Shown here: positions 1 to 12,261 of the stretch, piece by piece | Numbering within the stretch: the first letter of the stretch is position 1 | Layout of the letters: every line of letters begins with the position of its first letter | NCBI GenBank assembly: GCA_964199315.1 | Contig: OZ116698.1 | Span: 5,704,001-5,768,000 of the forward strand | Source of the DNA: Orbicella franksi | Lineage: Eukaryota | Direction: 5' to 3' | DNA: 64,000 bases | Notes under the pieces: model-generated | Seen by the model: only the letters and a program-made list of their open reading frames with translations | Told to the model about the DNA's origin: nothing | Database searches by the model: none | Program-made: the position numbers and the translations under genes

Positions 1-1493
1 AAAAAGAAAGCAAGTTTATCAGGGAGTAATGAGGTGTCTTATTATGTGGCCTATTTCAGCACTTTGGGGTTATTCTCAAATAGGGTTCAGTAACTAGTTA
101 AGAGTGGTATAACCTCTGTTCTTTAGGGAATTTGTAATAAGATTTCTTTGATATTTTTTGTATTCCATACTTAATGAAACTAGTCCCTTGCACATAATAT
201 CAAAATGTAAATATACAACTTTGAAAGCAGGTTTACGGGTTGTAGGTGTATCTCAGCAAAGGTACTTTAACATCTAATTTCTCGTCTCTAAACTTAAATG
301 GTGGTTCTTTGGATGGGTTCAAATCACCAAGTGAAGCTTAAAGCTCATATGGTACTGTTATAAAGGACGTTCCTGTTCTGCAATGCTCCTGTGAATGGTT
401 AAGATGAACTACACATTGTTTTGGGATTGGCTAACCTAAGCTGTTTTGGAATTGTAGGCAAACTTAGTAAAAGTGGTGTTATTTAATCTGCCCAAAACAT
501 GTTCTTGGTTTGGCTGGGAAAGATCTACATAACTTCCAAAATGGACAGTTCACTTGAAAGGTGGGCAAAAGTGAATATAAATTTATGTTTTTATATGAGT
601 TACGTTTTGTAAAGGTCATCTGTTTTCATAACTTTTTAATATAATAAAAGGCAGTTGGAGTAACTTGTAACTAAGTAAAGTAATTAAAGTGGTCCATTGT
701 TTGTAAGATTGTATAGAACCAAATGCTCCACAATTCGTTATGGTCAAAAGGCCAGAGGAGCCCAACTATCATTAAATTTCACGCTGAAGTTGAAAGCTTA
801 ATTTACCAGGATTGCACAGAGAGATAGTTATTCACAATTTTGACTGAAAAATTACAAAGTCAATCCAGAGTAAGTAAACTCTGCAAGAAACACAGATGAA
901 GGGATTAGTGTGTCGAAAAGTTGCCACGAGAAACTTTTCCAACCTACAGATAACTTTTCTAACATATGTTAATTTACTAAGAGAATGTGTACTTATATCA
1001 ACTGTACGTTCTGGCATGAGTGCATTGCTTGGTGACAATCTGGTCTTGAAGACAACACAGATCACATTATACAGCTTACCAAACAACAAAATCATTTAAA
1101 CTAAATTGCAAGGAATAATTCCCAGTCAATTGAATAAAATTGCTCACAGATTACAAATCAACTAAAATTTGGAAATATAAAAGAGAATATAAAATTGTGT
1201 GTCAACATATTATCCTATGTATTATCAAAAGTAACTGTTGCATAAAATGGTATAAATTTGAATGAGGTTAACAATTAAAATACTCACACAAAGTAATATT
1301 TGTGAAAAAGGATCAATAAAAAGAAATCAAGGTATCTTGTAACAATAATCTAGGAACTCTGATTAGTTCTGGCCAGTGGTGGCTCATTCTCCAAACGTGC
1401 CTTACAATGAGAAAGATCCAAAAATAAAAACATGTATTCTGGAGAATGTGAAATGGCAGAGGCACAAAAACGGCGTTTTTTTTTAGCAGGGAC

Positions 1494-2990
1494 TTAGAAG
1501 TGGAATGCACACAAGCGAAGAAACAAGGTTACCAGTATGTAGGGGAACAGAATAACACCGAGTGGGGGACAAAAGTGTACTTGCTGTATTAATGCAAGAA
1601 CATCGTATTCAGCCTCTGCCATTTTATACAATAACTCTAAGTAAACATATGCATAGTTCCTGGTGTAGGCTGGGTGAAGAGAATAGAAGAAGGTTGGGAA
1701 GATGACTAGTCCTGGTTGATGAGGAAGGAGCAGCATGAGGGAAAGACCTCTTGCTGTCAGTGGTCAAGAGTCCACATAAACCAGAGGTGACCATCCAACA
1801 ACATCTGAAGCATTTCCTGTTGAGTATGGGACATCATAGTGGCTGCAAAGCAGCTCTGGTGTGGTGTAGGGGCACTGACGCACCCTCCAGCTAAAGCAAG
1901 AGGAAGAAATCTTTCCATCACATAATTGTGAATACTATGTACATGCACATTACATGTAATACAACCTGGTCCCAATCCATAATTTGACAATACTGCTTTT
2001 GCTGATGTGACAGTAGGGGGCTTTTCATCATCTACATCGTTCAAGCAAAACATTTTGAGGGTACATTTTTTAATTTTCTCTTTTCCTTTTTGGCATTTTT
2101 GGTTTCATGATCACTGTGATGTAGGTTAGAAGGTTTGTCACCCCTGGCAGAATAATTGAATGTTGTAGGGTGCTCTGTGACTGCTGATGCTGCTGTTTGT
2201 TCAATTGTAGGATTGTTGACTGAGGAAGAGGCTCCTAAATCAACAAAATCACTTATGCCAGAAGAATATAAACTAAAATCACAGTGGCCCATTATAAGTG
2301 GCTTTCAACATATGTGAAAAATTATATTGAAAGAAGACACAATCTCAAATGTAACCAATGCAATCACTTCTTCACTTCGAAACCCATTAAAAGAGGTCAA
2401 GGTTGACTCTTTGCAATGAGGTGTTTGGTAGGTAACAATTGTCGTGTTGTATGGCCCAAGATTGATTGTGGGATCCACTGTTACGGGGCTGTACTGATAA
2501 GGGTCACAGTAAAACCTTGCAAGGTCATGTAACTGCCTATTTGTTGCAAGTACACAGCTAGGCTCTGGTGCAAGTTTTACAGTCCTGATAAAGGTAGCAT
2601 TGTCTCCCTGTCTTTTGCATTCTAGAAGTAAATTATACCGCAGGTCTTTGGAAGTCTTGATGGTGTGGTACACGCATGACAATATCTTACACCATGAAAA
2701 TTCGTATTGTTTTCTTTCTGAAACTTCGTACCATTTTGTGCCAGCACTCATTTCGTTTCTTATTTTTGGCAATTGGTGAATGCCGCTTCCACCAGGATTC
2801 GGCTCTTTTCTGACAGCTGGAGACTTTTGATTTGTTTCTAGTGGATCTATAAAAGGTGACATCACCTTCAAACTTTGCGGGTTTTCCAGGAATTGTTTGC
2901 CTGTTTCAGAAACTTTGTATGTCCTGTATGTATGACTTTAAATTGAAACCAGTTTACAAACTGCTTACTACACCAAAGAAAAAGAAGTCT
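1494..2990 (-). pseudogene. Decayed Mutator (MULE)-like transposase remnant; catalytic core appears deleted
   Basis: ORF 2305-2871 reads LRYNLLLECK...FIRTVKLAPEPSCVLATNRQLHDLARF...VTVDPTINLGPYNTTIVTY. This matches my recollection of an invertebrate MULE-like family, also represented at 32.4-35.3 kb. Flanking frames are broken. Confidence 0.55.
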
Positions 2991-3316
2991 GAATTCGTAT
3001 TTCTCAATGTATGAACACTTTATAACATACAAGTGCATGAGAGCTCTTCCATATTTGGTGGATTAATATAAATAACAGTATGTAATAATATGATAATAAA
3101 ATTTCATTTAACATTTTTATAGGCTATTTTACCGTTCAGGAAGTCTATGCTGATCTTCACTGCTTACAAAATGAGGTGGAGAGATAATATTATTAAACAA
3201 TAATATTTACCTAGGTTGCATGATAACAAAAGTAAGATTTTGTTAAAAAGTTGAGCTATTTACATCTTCACTGAGTTTTCCTAATATACAGAACATCTTG
3301 GATCTTTGGGTGTGAT

Positions 3317-3760
3317 TTAGTTCAGTGCATGTTTCCTTAAGACAGGTTGCCACAGCTCACTACAATAAACTGAATCACTACCAAATCTCCTCTTCATGAT
3401 GTCTGTAAATCCCAGAGGTGGGTGTACACGACTTGCTGGAACTTCCAAAGGGTCAGAAATAGGTGTAATGAAAGGATCAGAAGGATGAATGGGACTTTCC
3501 AAAACTCCTGTGGGAGATGAGGGTGGATCTCAAATTAAACGAACAGCTGGTGTTGATGCTACAGGAATGGGAATTTCATCAACTGCCATATCACATTCCT
3601 CAGCCTCCTCCTGTGTATTCCACTTCCTGTAGGAATCCATAATTGAAATTAACTGCTCCATCTGTGGCTGCTTGCTGATGTTGTTGACATCTGTAAAGTC
3701 AACTTCTGTGGGCCACCAAACTGGTCTACAAGCTTGTTTGCCCCATCCAGGCTTAGATCA
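3317..3760 (-). pseudogene. Exon-like segment encoding an NRF1/EWG-like DNA-binding motif followed by a Pro/Ser-rich linker
   Basis: Minus-strand translation of 3754-3710 is KPGWGKQACRPVWWP, versus KPGWGKESCKPIWWP in NRF1. It follows a tttaag acceptor-like site, has one in-frame TGA, and runs into ORF 3317-3502. Confidence 0.6.
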
Positions 3761-3851
3761 CCTTAAATACATGTAAACTATAACAAATTGCAAGAACATT
3801 GTGAAAATGTCAGCATACAATTTATACTTTTAAGAAAAATGCTTGTTTTAA

Positions 3852-4303
3852 GGTCATTCCCCAGTATTGTATTGCGCATCCCTACTGCGCGTAATTTCAT
3901 GTGTAATTAGCGCGTGCGCATTTAAAAATGGCGGCTTTTTCTTTACAGCTGGACCTCGCCATAGAGGTAAATCGTCATTTTCTTGCAAATGAGTATGGTG
4001 ACCTATCATTTTTTTCTGTTGTTTTGGATTGAGTAATAGATTTCTCTGTGTAAAATAAATATGGACCATTTCTCAGTGTAGAACAAAAAACAATCATCGG
4101 AAACGGGAATTTAGCAAGCAATCATGACTACAATCATGGTGCTATTATAAGGATTTATAGGGTATAAGCAAGGTGCTGTTGCTCCTAAACGAACATGGGG
4201 ACCCCTCATTTTTATTTTAAAATTTAAGTTCCTATAATATAAACAATCAATAGGCAAAGTTTCACAAAAATCTCAGTGCAGGTTCTATTTCAGTGGAATT
4301 ACC
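3852..4303. mobile_element. Non-autonomous DNA transposon (Kolobok-like MITE)
   Basis: TTAA at 3848-3851 and 4304-4307. Termini GGTCATTCC and GGAATTACC form an imperfect TIR. No coding content. Confidence 0.55.
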
Positions 4304-4926
4304 TTAAGGTACTTGTACTCTGAGTAATGTAACTTTGGTTCTATACAACCAATTTAATCCAAATTTTTATCATTTTGAAGCTGAATAAATGGAGATTTAA
4401 AATATGTCACCACCTGCGTCATTTATTCAAGAAATAAGTTAATACTAGTTAATATATGCAAATTTAAATGTCATGCAATACCCCAAAACATCAGAAAAAC
4501 AGGAACAAGATCACTACCTTACATATTGAGAAAAACTGTTCAAAGAGAAATTGAAACTACCTTTTTGCACTTCTGGTGAAAATTTGGCCTAAATCTACTG
4601 AAAATTCAAAAAGTTATACCATTTACAGAAAGTGCACCCTAAGTACAACAATTTGCAATGGTACTTGTTATCTTGAAAGAAACTTACAAATTCAAACACT
4701 AAAGACAGCACTTCACAGTGAACTGTGTTCAGGAAAGCCTGACTAAGCCTAATGAATCAATAAGTGTGCCTGATATAAATTTCAACTTAAAAAAACACTA
4801 TTTTCTTGGAAAGTAAAACAGTGACAGGAAAAAAAAATCAATATTTTGATATTTTTCGGTGTTTATAATAGTTTTGCTGTACTTCAATGATCACTTTAGT
4901 GTGATTAGTCTTTGCTATGCCATATT

Positions 4927-7100
4927 TTAAAACAATTTTTGTCTTGTGTGCAGTGTAGGTGCACTCCACACTGGTGTACTACAGTATGTTACAACTTTCA
5001 GTTCCTTCTTGGTTGCCGCATAGCAAACTTTACATGACTTCTTGGTGTCGGACGATTTGACTTGCTGCCATAAATTATGCACTTTTTCATTTCTGTCAAC
5101 ATGAATGAAATCATTCGCATTGTCAGTTGAAGTGAGAATTGTAACTGGCCTATTATCTTTCCACTGTAAAGCTAGACAGACTCCATCCCTTTTCCATCTC
5201 ATGCTTCCCTCTGCTCTCCTCTTGCCCACTGTTTTATTGTTCTTTATGGAATTGGGGAATCCCCTTCTATTTTCTGCAGCAGTTCCAGTTGCTGGAAGCA
5301 TCAGACAAAACAGGTCCTTCACAAGTGTTACTGGTGTATAAAAATTATCAAAATATAAATGATAACTTTGATTAATTAGGAGCTGTACCAGCCTCATCAC
5401 AACTTAAGCCTAGTCCATTGGCACTGGTCATGGCAGCATGTATAACCATGTATAACCATTTGCACTGTCATTTTGTTAATGGAATTTTATTTACAACTTG
5501 AGCACTCACATTACTTACATTAGTGATGTTATAATTACAATATACTTGCTACTTATACTACTTATACTTACACTACTTATACAAATTTTTTTCCTTAAGT
5601 GTTTAAAAGAAACAATTCCTCAAAAATTCTCAATTGATGTTATTTGATTTAAAGGAAAATGCTTTTCGGTTTGATGTTTATTTAATAAAATTCTTTCAAA
5701 GTGGCTGAAAGATGGTTTTGTTTCTTTACACCGGCAAGTCCACAAGTACGTTTTTCCTAAAATGATTATATAGTTTAACAGATCCATCTCCCCCGTTAAA
5801 AATCCTAAAATAATCTCGTGATATTCTAAAGAGAGGCAAATGCAACTACTAAGTTTATTTAAAATTTTTTCACATATCTCATTCCAAAAGGAAGTAGAAA
5901 AGAACAGTCAAAGAAATAGAAATATGGTCTCAGTAGTCTGATGACAGAAGGAACAGTTGGGGTCAGAAATATAGCCTATCTTACAAAGTAATTCATTTGT
6001 ATATAGAATAGAATTCAGTTCGTGATACTGAAAAGAATGTACATAAGGTTAATTTGCAACTCTCAGTGGCATCACGAATGCCTCCAAAAGTTGCTTATCC
6101 TCTAGATTACATTCTTCTCTCAACTTGGCCCATTTATTTGGTTTTTTGCATTTTTGCTTTATAAGAAGATGATAAGAATCACGACACTGAAATTTTTCTA
6201 AATCAAGGATATTCTCGAAGTTGGGCTTATGAACACGCAGTTTCAGTGGAACTGATTGCCTTAACCATGTGTAACCATGTATAACCATTTGCACTGTCTG
6301 CACGTACCCACAACTTTATGCCCCATTTTGTGGGTTTATTCTTTATATACTGTCTTATCCCTGAATGGTGCTTAGACTTCACCATCCTCTATCAGTTGCC
6401 ACACGCTGAAAAGGTTGGCATAGAGATTTGCATTTCTCTTTGAAGAACTGCAGAAAGCCATTGACCTTCCAGAGCTTATCTTGCTCATCTTCTGTGCCAG
6501 GGTCTACACATGTAGCATACCAATAAGGGCTTTGAATCTCTCCCTCAACATGATACTTCTTGCCCAGAGACTGTGATGCAAAGACTGTGTGCTCCAGTAG
6601 CGGTGGAACGAACTAACCTTGACCAGACCACAGTACAAGATAAGGGCAATAAGCTTTTCAATCTCATCTGGGTTTGTTTCCTTCCATGCTCCTTCCTTGT
6701 CCCCATAATAGGACTTTTCAGCAACTGTTGCCCAGCCATAGGAATTGGTATGTAGGCAGATTTCCCTTAGCAGTTCAACAGTTATGAACAGCCAGAAGAA
6801 ATCGACAGCTCTGGTCATAGCACCCCTAAGTATGGGGCCGATTAGTTTAAGCCCTGGAAGACATCTTGGATTGAATGAAGGCAGCTGATTGGCTGTGTCT
6901 GGGTTGTTGTAGCTTCGATAGCCATTTGGTGCTGCAGCACTGCTCTACCTCTGCCTCGTCCCCCTGCTGGTTGACCTCCAACTTGAGCTCGCCTTCTTCC
7001 TCTTCCTCTCTGTGGGGAATCAGGTGTTGGAGGTTCAGTCAGAATCATCACCACTGCTAAGTTGTGGGTTGTCACTACTGTTTTGTGGGTTTTCAGATGC
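4927..7100 (-). pseudogene. piggyBac transposase (DDE_Tnp_1_7), decayed and interrupted
   Basis: FFWLFIT..EICLHTN..W..T..EI...I.LILYCGLVK..S..RYWS (6504-6818); IKLWVRADSANGYTW (about 6330); YHLYFDNFYT...TGT...NRRGFP and a C-terminal Cys-rich tail (4927-5400). Confidence 0.85.
5470..6271 (-). mobile_element. 5'-truncated Tx1/L1-clade LINE (ORF2 C-terminus plus 3' UTR) inserted in the piggyBac gene
   Basis: Flanked by an identical 27-bp direct repeat TAACCATGTATAACCATTTGCACTGTC (5443-5469 and 6272-6298). Encodes an L1/Tx1-type C-terminus (..AFVMPLRVAN, then Cys/His zinc motif remnants). 3' UTR is GTAAGTA-rich. Confidence 0.8.
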
Positions 7101-8332
7101 CAAATTTTCAACTTACTCACTGAAACAAAGATTCCCTGGTTATATATCTATGTATGTAAGAGTTTGGACAGTTCAAACCTTGCAAGAAATGTTCAATACT
7201 CTCTACAGAATTTCCAAAAGCAATGTGCAAACAATTATATTTGTATAGTGGCTGATTTCCTAAATTGAAGAAAGATGGGATTCTAAGGCAATATATCACA
7301 TGGGTCATATTGTCTTTCTTTAAGAATGCCTTCAAAAACCTTATAGGCCCTTCGACACCATGGTAGAGGCAGATAAAGTAATGTTAAGGGATAACCAGTA
7401 CCCTGTTCCAAAAGAGATGTGGCAATGGATTGCAGAATTTTAACATTATGCTTCATTATCACTTCCCTCTCTGAATACCTTGACAAAAAAAGACATTTGG
7501 GCAGTTGAGATTTGCTATTAACGGCTTGGGATTCTTCAGACAAAGTGTGTTACAAATAGTCTGTCTATCACCAGTTGTTGCTGTTGCAGTAAGGGTTGCT
7601 ATGGGAGCACTTGGGAAAAGGGCAGCAAGTACACTTAATTTCCCATAATCAGGCCTGAAGTCATCTCCCCTGTTTGAAAAGTAAGATATAATACAGTTCA
7701 TAATAATTATTGATCGAAGTGCCAAAAGTACCGCCACATGGCTAATTGCATCATATCCTCCCAAATCTTAGGACTCCTTGGAGAAAGGGGAGGAAAAGCC
7801 TTGAATAATTACATGAGGACAAGATAGGTCAAGGTATAATTTGATCATTTTACTGATGGTGAGTCTTCAATCCATCACTTACTATTTACCAGAAATGCAA
7901 TTATGGATGCAGTAAAATAAGACAAGAGTGAATATATTTTTGATATCAACCCAGTGATAGAATAAGAAAAACAACTATTTATTACTCATGTCATGATCAG
8001 TATTCTTTTAAAAAAATACAGGACACAAGGATCTAAACTGGCTACATTACAACATTTCTGAAAAAGTGTCATGTAATGGATTAGAGTACTTTTAGCTTTT
8101 TTAAATGCATTTGCTCACCATTCAAGGACGCAACGCGCCTCATCTAAAATCACTGCTTTGACGGCTTATATATAGATTGTGCTCTGAAGAACTTTTAATC
8201 CGTCCTCACACGATAAGAATGCCTCCAGGTGAGAGAAAACAATTTCATATTCGGTCTGAATAATACACTCTCTAGTTCCTTCCTACTGAGGAGTATTTGT
8301 AACTGGTGAATCATCATCCTCTTTCACCCCCA

Positions 8333-8466
8333 TGTAGTAGCTTCGCAAGAGAAGAAAACACACAATATTGTAGGAACACAACAATTCTATTGACAAGATG
8401 GCAGACTCTCTCTAGCACATGGTTTCCAATGTCACGTGGCGTAAATGTCACTGTCACTACGCCACA
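8333..8466 (-). repeat. 3' LTR of the Gypsy element
   Basis: Direct repeat of 11863-11991 (TGTAGTAGCTTCG...CACTAC..CACA) with mismatches and small indels. Confidence 0.9.
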
Positions 8467-8605
8467 TCACCCCCTTACATATTACAAAACTCCCTATCAC
8501 GCAGATAGCTAATGGCCAAATAATGAATGTCCAATGTCCAGAAACTACAAAGAAATAAATTTGCATAGAGTCATCTACGTAGATTTGCATTGGATGTTTT
8601 GGAGT

Positions 8606-11600
8606 TTAAGCACAAAGGGATACAAAGTCACTCATCCATGCTGGAGGGTGCCTAACACGAGCGAGCCTTGAAGGAAGGGGACTTGCACTGGATTCAGAAG
8701 GTAGGGTAGGCTGCTTATCAATATTGATTGGTGGGGTCAAAGCAGTTGTTTCCAACTGTCTTCCAGTGGGCATGTCCTCTGCCCTGTCTCCTCTGTGAGC
8801 TTCAGTGGCTTCAGTGGAAGGGTCCAGCTGGATAAACTTCTTCATGTGACTCGCGTTACGCAGCTTGGTGTTTCCTTCCTGATCTTGTATTAGGACAGCA
8901 TTGCCCTTCTTTTCCACCACTTTGTATGGTAGTGGTTTGAAGTTGGGAGACAGTTTGCTGTCACGGCTCTTGTTGAGCAAGATGTGATCTCCTCCAATAT
9001 CACTGTATTGTGCCAACCGCTTGCTGTCTGCATACTCTTTCTGTCGAAGTTTCCCCACGCATCTCTTTCGCGAAGAAGCTGCTGCCAGTGAGCCTTGGTG
9101 ATTCTCTCACTTGGAATGGTAACTCTTGGGAGTTTATCATTAAGGCGTCGACCCATCAAGAACTTGGCTGGGAACAATCCAGACACTGTGTGACGTGCAG
9201 TTCGGTACTGGAAGAGAAAATTTTGCCTCTCTACTTTCTAAGGTGGTGATCCTTATTATCTTTAGTAAAGTCTCGTTACAGGGCTGGACTTCACCATTAC
9301 TCTGAGGTCAGTAGGGGATTCCTTTTAGGTGAGCTATTCCTAGGTAATCTAGAAAGCCTTCAAATTCTGCAGAGGGAATGGCAGGCCATTGTCACTGCAG
9401 ACATTCTCGGGTTTGCCATGTGTTTGATAGATACCCTCCATTGTTCTTGTGACGAGTGAAGCGTCTGTCTTTTTTAACAAGATGACTTTGGGCCAGCATG
9501 AGTAGTTGTCTACTACTACAAGCAGGTGGTTTCCACGGGGAATCTCCAATAGGTCAATGGCGATGTCACCCCATGGAACTTCGGGTAATGTTGTTGACCT
9601 GATAGGTTCAGTCTTGCTTCTAGGGTCGACTAGCTGACAAGGGTGGCAGGTTTTTACAGACTGTTCAACCTGCTTGTCCAAGTTGGGCCACCATACCTTT
9701 TCTCTAAGGTAAGCCTTTGTGCGTGTCATACCCTGGTGGCCCTCATGTGTGAGTGCAATAGTATGCTTCCAGAGGCTTTCTGGCATGATAATATGGTTAC
9801 CCCTGGGGAGAAGCTGGCTAAGGACCCCTTGTTCTTCTGCCAAAGCTTTCGTACAGTGTGCCCGATAAGCGACTCCAGTTTCCTGAGGCAACAGCTTGAC
9901 AAACCAACTGTAATGTGGGATCTTTTGCAGATGCTTGCTCAACTTGTTGGGGTGTGAGTGCTGCTGGTACGGCTTCACTAGCTATGCTGCAGGCATATTC
10001 TGTGCTCTCACAGGCATCATGGTCCTGAGCTGGACCTACTGGGAACCGGCTTAGAGCGTCCGTAGAGTTCTCTTTCCCCAAAGACAGTTACCAACGGTTT
10101 GTGGTCTGTGCAGAGCTAAAACTCCATTCCATACAAGTAGAGGTCGAATTTTTGACAGGCCCACCAGACGGCTAGTGCCTCCCTTTTTAAATGGGCAAAT
10201 CTTTTGTAACGTCATTGTTTACATTTTTCCTCATTAACATATGACCTCAGGAACTGGGTGTTTCTCCCTGAGGATCGCACGATTCGCCTGTCTCATGTCC
10301 AAACAAATGCAAATGTCTCCATTGGGCTTCTCTACGGCAACAAGTGAATTGTTCCAGCTGGTGGGACCATTGACTTTTTCAATGACATCCAGTTCTTCTA
10401 ATTGCTTCAACTTTGTGGTCACTTTCTGCCTCCTGCTAAATGGTATTTGGCGAAGGGGTTGTGACACAGGTGCGATACTGTCATCCTGGTGTAACTTTAG
10501 TTGATAGCCCTTTAGCTTGCCCAGGCCCTCAAAAACTTTGGGGAGTTTAACCCTAAGAGCAGCTTTGGGGATTGTCAATGATTGTGTTGCAGTTGTTAAC
10601 ATTAATTCCAACCTTAAGGATTGCAAGCTTCTCTGACGTTTTACGACCTAGCAGAGTTGCAGCCTGCCCTGGGACTATGTAAAATTCTGCAATGGCTGAC
10701 ATGTTGGTCTGTGGCACAGTGACTCTTAACATGCAGCTTCCCTTAAGATCTAGTGGTTTGGAGTGTGTATGCATACACATTTTTACCACACTTACTAACG
10801 GTGCTTTTGCCCCTGTTAGGGAATGAAACACATGCTCTGATATGAGATTACAGGTGGCACCTTAATCAACAATAACAGTAGTTATGTTATCATTTATATG
10901 CAGTTCTAATGTTCCAAGGCCCTCACTAGTGGACGCAGAATGCATCATCCTCTGATTCCTTGCCATCCGCTTGTTGGGTGACAGCATGCACTTTTCTCGT
11001 TTGCCCCCTCTCCTGGTCTGCAGAGGGGTTCTCCCATGACTGGTGGTGCAGGTTGTGTTGCTGGCATGTTCTTGGTGGTATTGGCAACAAACAGCAAAAT
11101 GGCCCAGTCTTCCACAGGATTCGCAAACATGGTCATGTGAGCAGCGACAGTTCTTGGCCAGGTGCCCGATTTTGTTAAAATTCCAACATCTGCCTTGGAA
11201 TTTCATTAGGAAAGTAGTTTGTTCCTCAGCAAGCTCCACTCACTTGATTTGGTCTTCGGGCTGGATAAGGATCAGGGCATCCTTATCATGATATTGGCTC
11301 ACTACTTCTAAGAGCTTGGATAAGGTTAAATTCTTGGACCAATATAATTTAGACTTCAAGTTTTTGTCCTTTATGTGTGTTAACACTTGGTCCCTCGTCA
11401 TATTGTCTTTCTCTTCTCCATACTCGCAATGTTCAGCTAAGCTGCTAAATCTGGTTACAAAGTTATTTATTCGCTCACCTGGTGCAGGCATTGCTCCTAG
11501 AAAGTTTTGTCTCGCCTTTGGAACGTTCTTTAATTTGAAATAATCGTTGAGTGACTTCATCGTCTTCTTGTAGTCTTTAGTGATGCCCTTCATTTCCCTG

Positions 11601-11806
11601 GGAATGGTATGGAAGATTTCTCTTATGCCCGGTCCTGCTAGGTGTAAAAGGAGGGCTCGTTGCTGTTTTGGGTCATCGATGCCTGATGCTGTCACAAAAA
11701 GTTCGAATTCATCGTTGCAAAGTCGCCAAGGCTGCCAAAGAGTGGCAGGCTCACCAACTTTGTCAAATGCTTCAGAACCAGTTAGTCCACTTAAACAGAC
11801 AGCCAT
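8606..11806 (-). pseudogene. gag-pol: Gypsy gag-pol, frameshifted: gag with CCHC knuckles, aspartic protease, RT N-terminus, integrase
   Basis: QQRALLLHLAG (gag); CWNFNKIGHLAKNC and CESCGRLGHFAVCC; TVIVD(SG) protease; AVEKPNGDICICLDMRQANRAI (RT start); HEGHQGM...VWWPNL...CHPCQ and DIAIDLL...VVDNYS...SDNG (integrase). Confidence 0.9.
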
Positions 11807-11862
11807 AGCTCAGAATTCCAGACAAGCTTGTCTTGTGTTTGACTTTTTTCCTCGTCACCAAA

Positions 11863-11991
11863 TGTAGTAGCTTCGTAAGAGAAGTTGATTCCCTACATGA
11901 TATTGTAGGAACACAACAATTCTATTGACACTCTCTCTAGCACATGGTTTCCAGTGTCACGTGATGTAAACGTCACTCTCACTACACTACA
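11863..11991 (-). repeat. 5' LTR of the Gypsy element
   Basis: Direct repeat of 8333-8466; adjoins the PBS. Confidence 0.9.
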
Positions 11992-12261
11992 CCCCAAAAT
12001 TACTGCTTGTACTCCTTTATCTCTTGCGCTTGAAACTTGGTTGCACATTAAGGTGTTCAAGGGCGAAACAACTAAAACTACAGACTTACAAGTTGTACTA
12101 GGAGAAGTGCATATTGCATCCCTTTCCTTCAACAATCACAGCAAAAGGTGAAAAACTAGTGATTTTCCATATCCTGGTGGAAGCACTGCCACTAGATCTT
12201 TCCTTAAATCCAGCACCTCCAGTCAAATCACTTGTTTAACTTTTAAAATAATATCTGTATA

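Larger units (their letters stand above)
8333..11991 (-). mobile_element. Ty3/Gypsy LTR retrotransposon, internally deleted (RT/RNase H core missing)
   Basis: TG...CA LTRs at both ends; 5-bp TSD CCCCA (8328-8332, 11992-11996); PBS TGGTGACGAGGA next to the 5' LTR; polypurine tract at 8467-8475; gag, protease, partial RT and integrase fragments. Confidence 0.95.
7100..12260 (-). pseudogene. RecQ-like SF2 helicase pseudogene with intron(s), split by the Gypsy element
   Basis: Motif I VLPPGYGKSLVF (about 12145-12190); Ia VVSPLNTLM.NQV (ORF 11893-12135); II VILDEARCVLEW followed by a gtgag donor (about 8115-8150); FRPDYGKL...PIATLTATAT (7459-7764). Multiple stops. Confidence 0.75.

Noticed and set aside
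1-1490. Possible host exons or further transposase exons
   Set aside because: Short ORFs with no motif I can support; left unannotated.
3317-3760. The host NRF1 gene itself
   Set aside because: Only the core motif matches, the frame has stops, and no other NRF1 exons are visible.
4600-7400. piggyBac TTAA-CCC...GGG-TTAA termini
   Set aside because: No convincing matching TIR pair found by eye, so only the coding remnant is reported.
7100-12260. A functional host RecQ gene (WRN/BLM/RECQL)
   Set aside because: Multiple stops, an LTR insertion in an exon and a mutated DEAH (DEAR).
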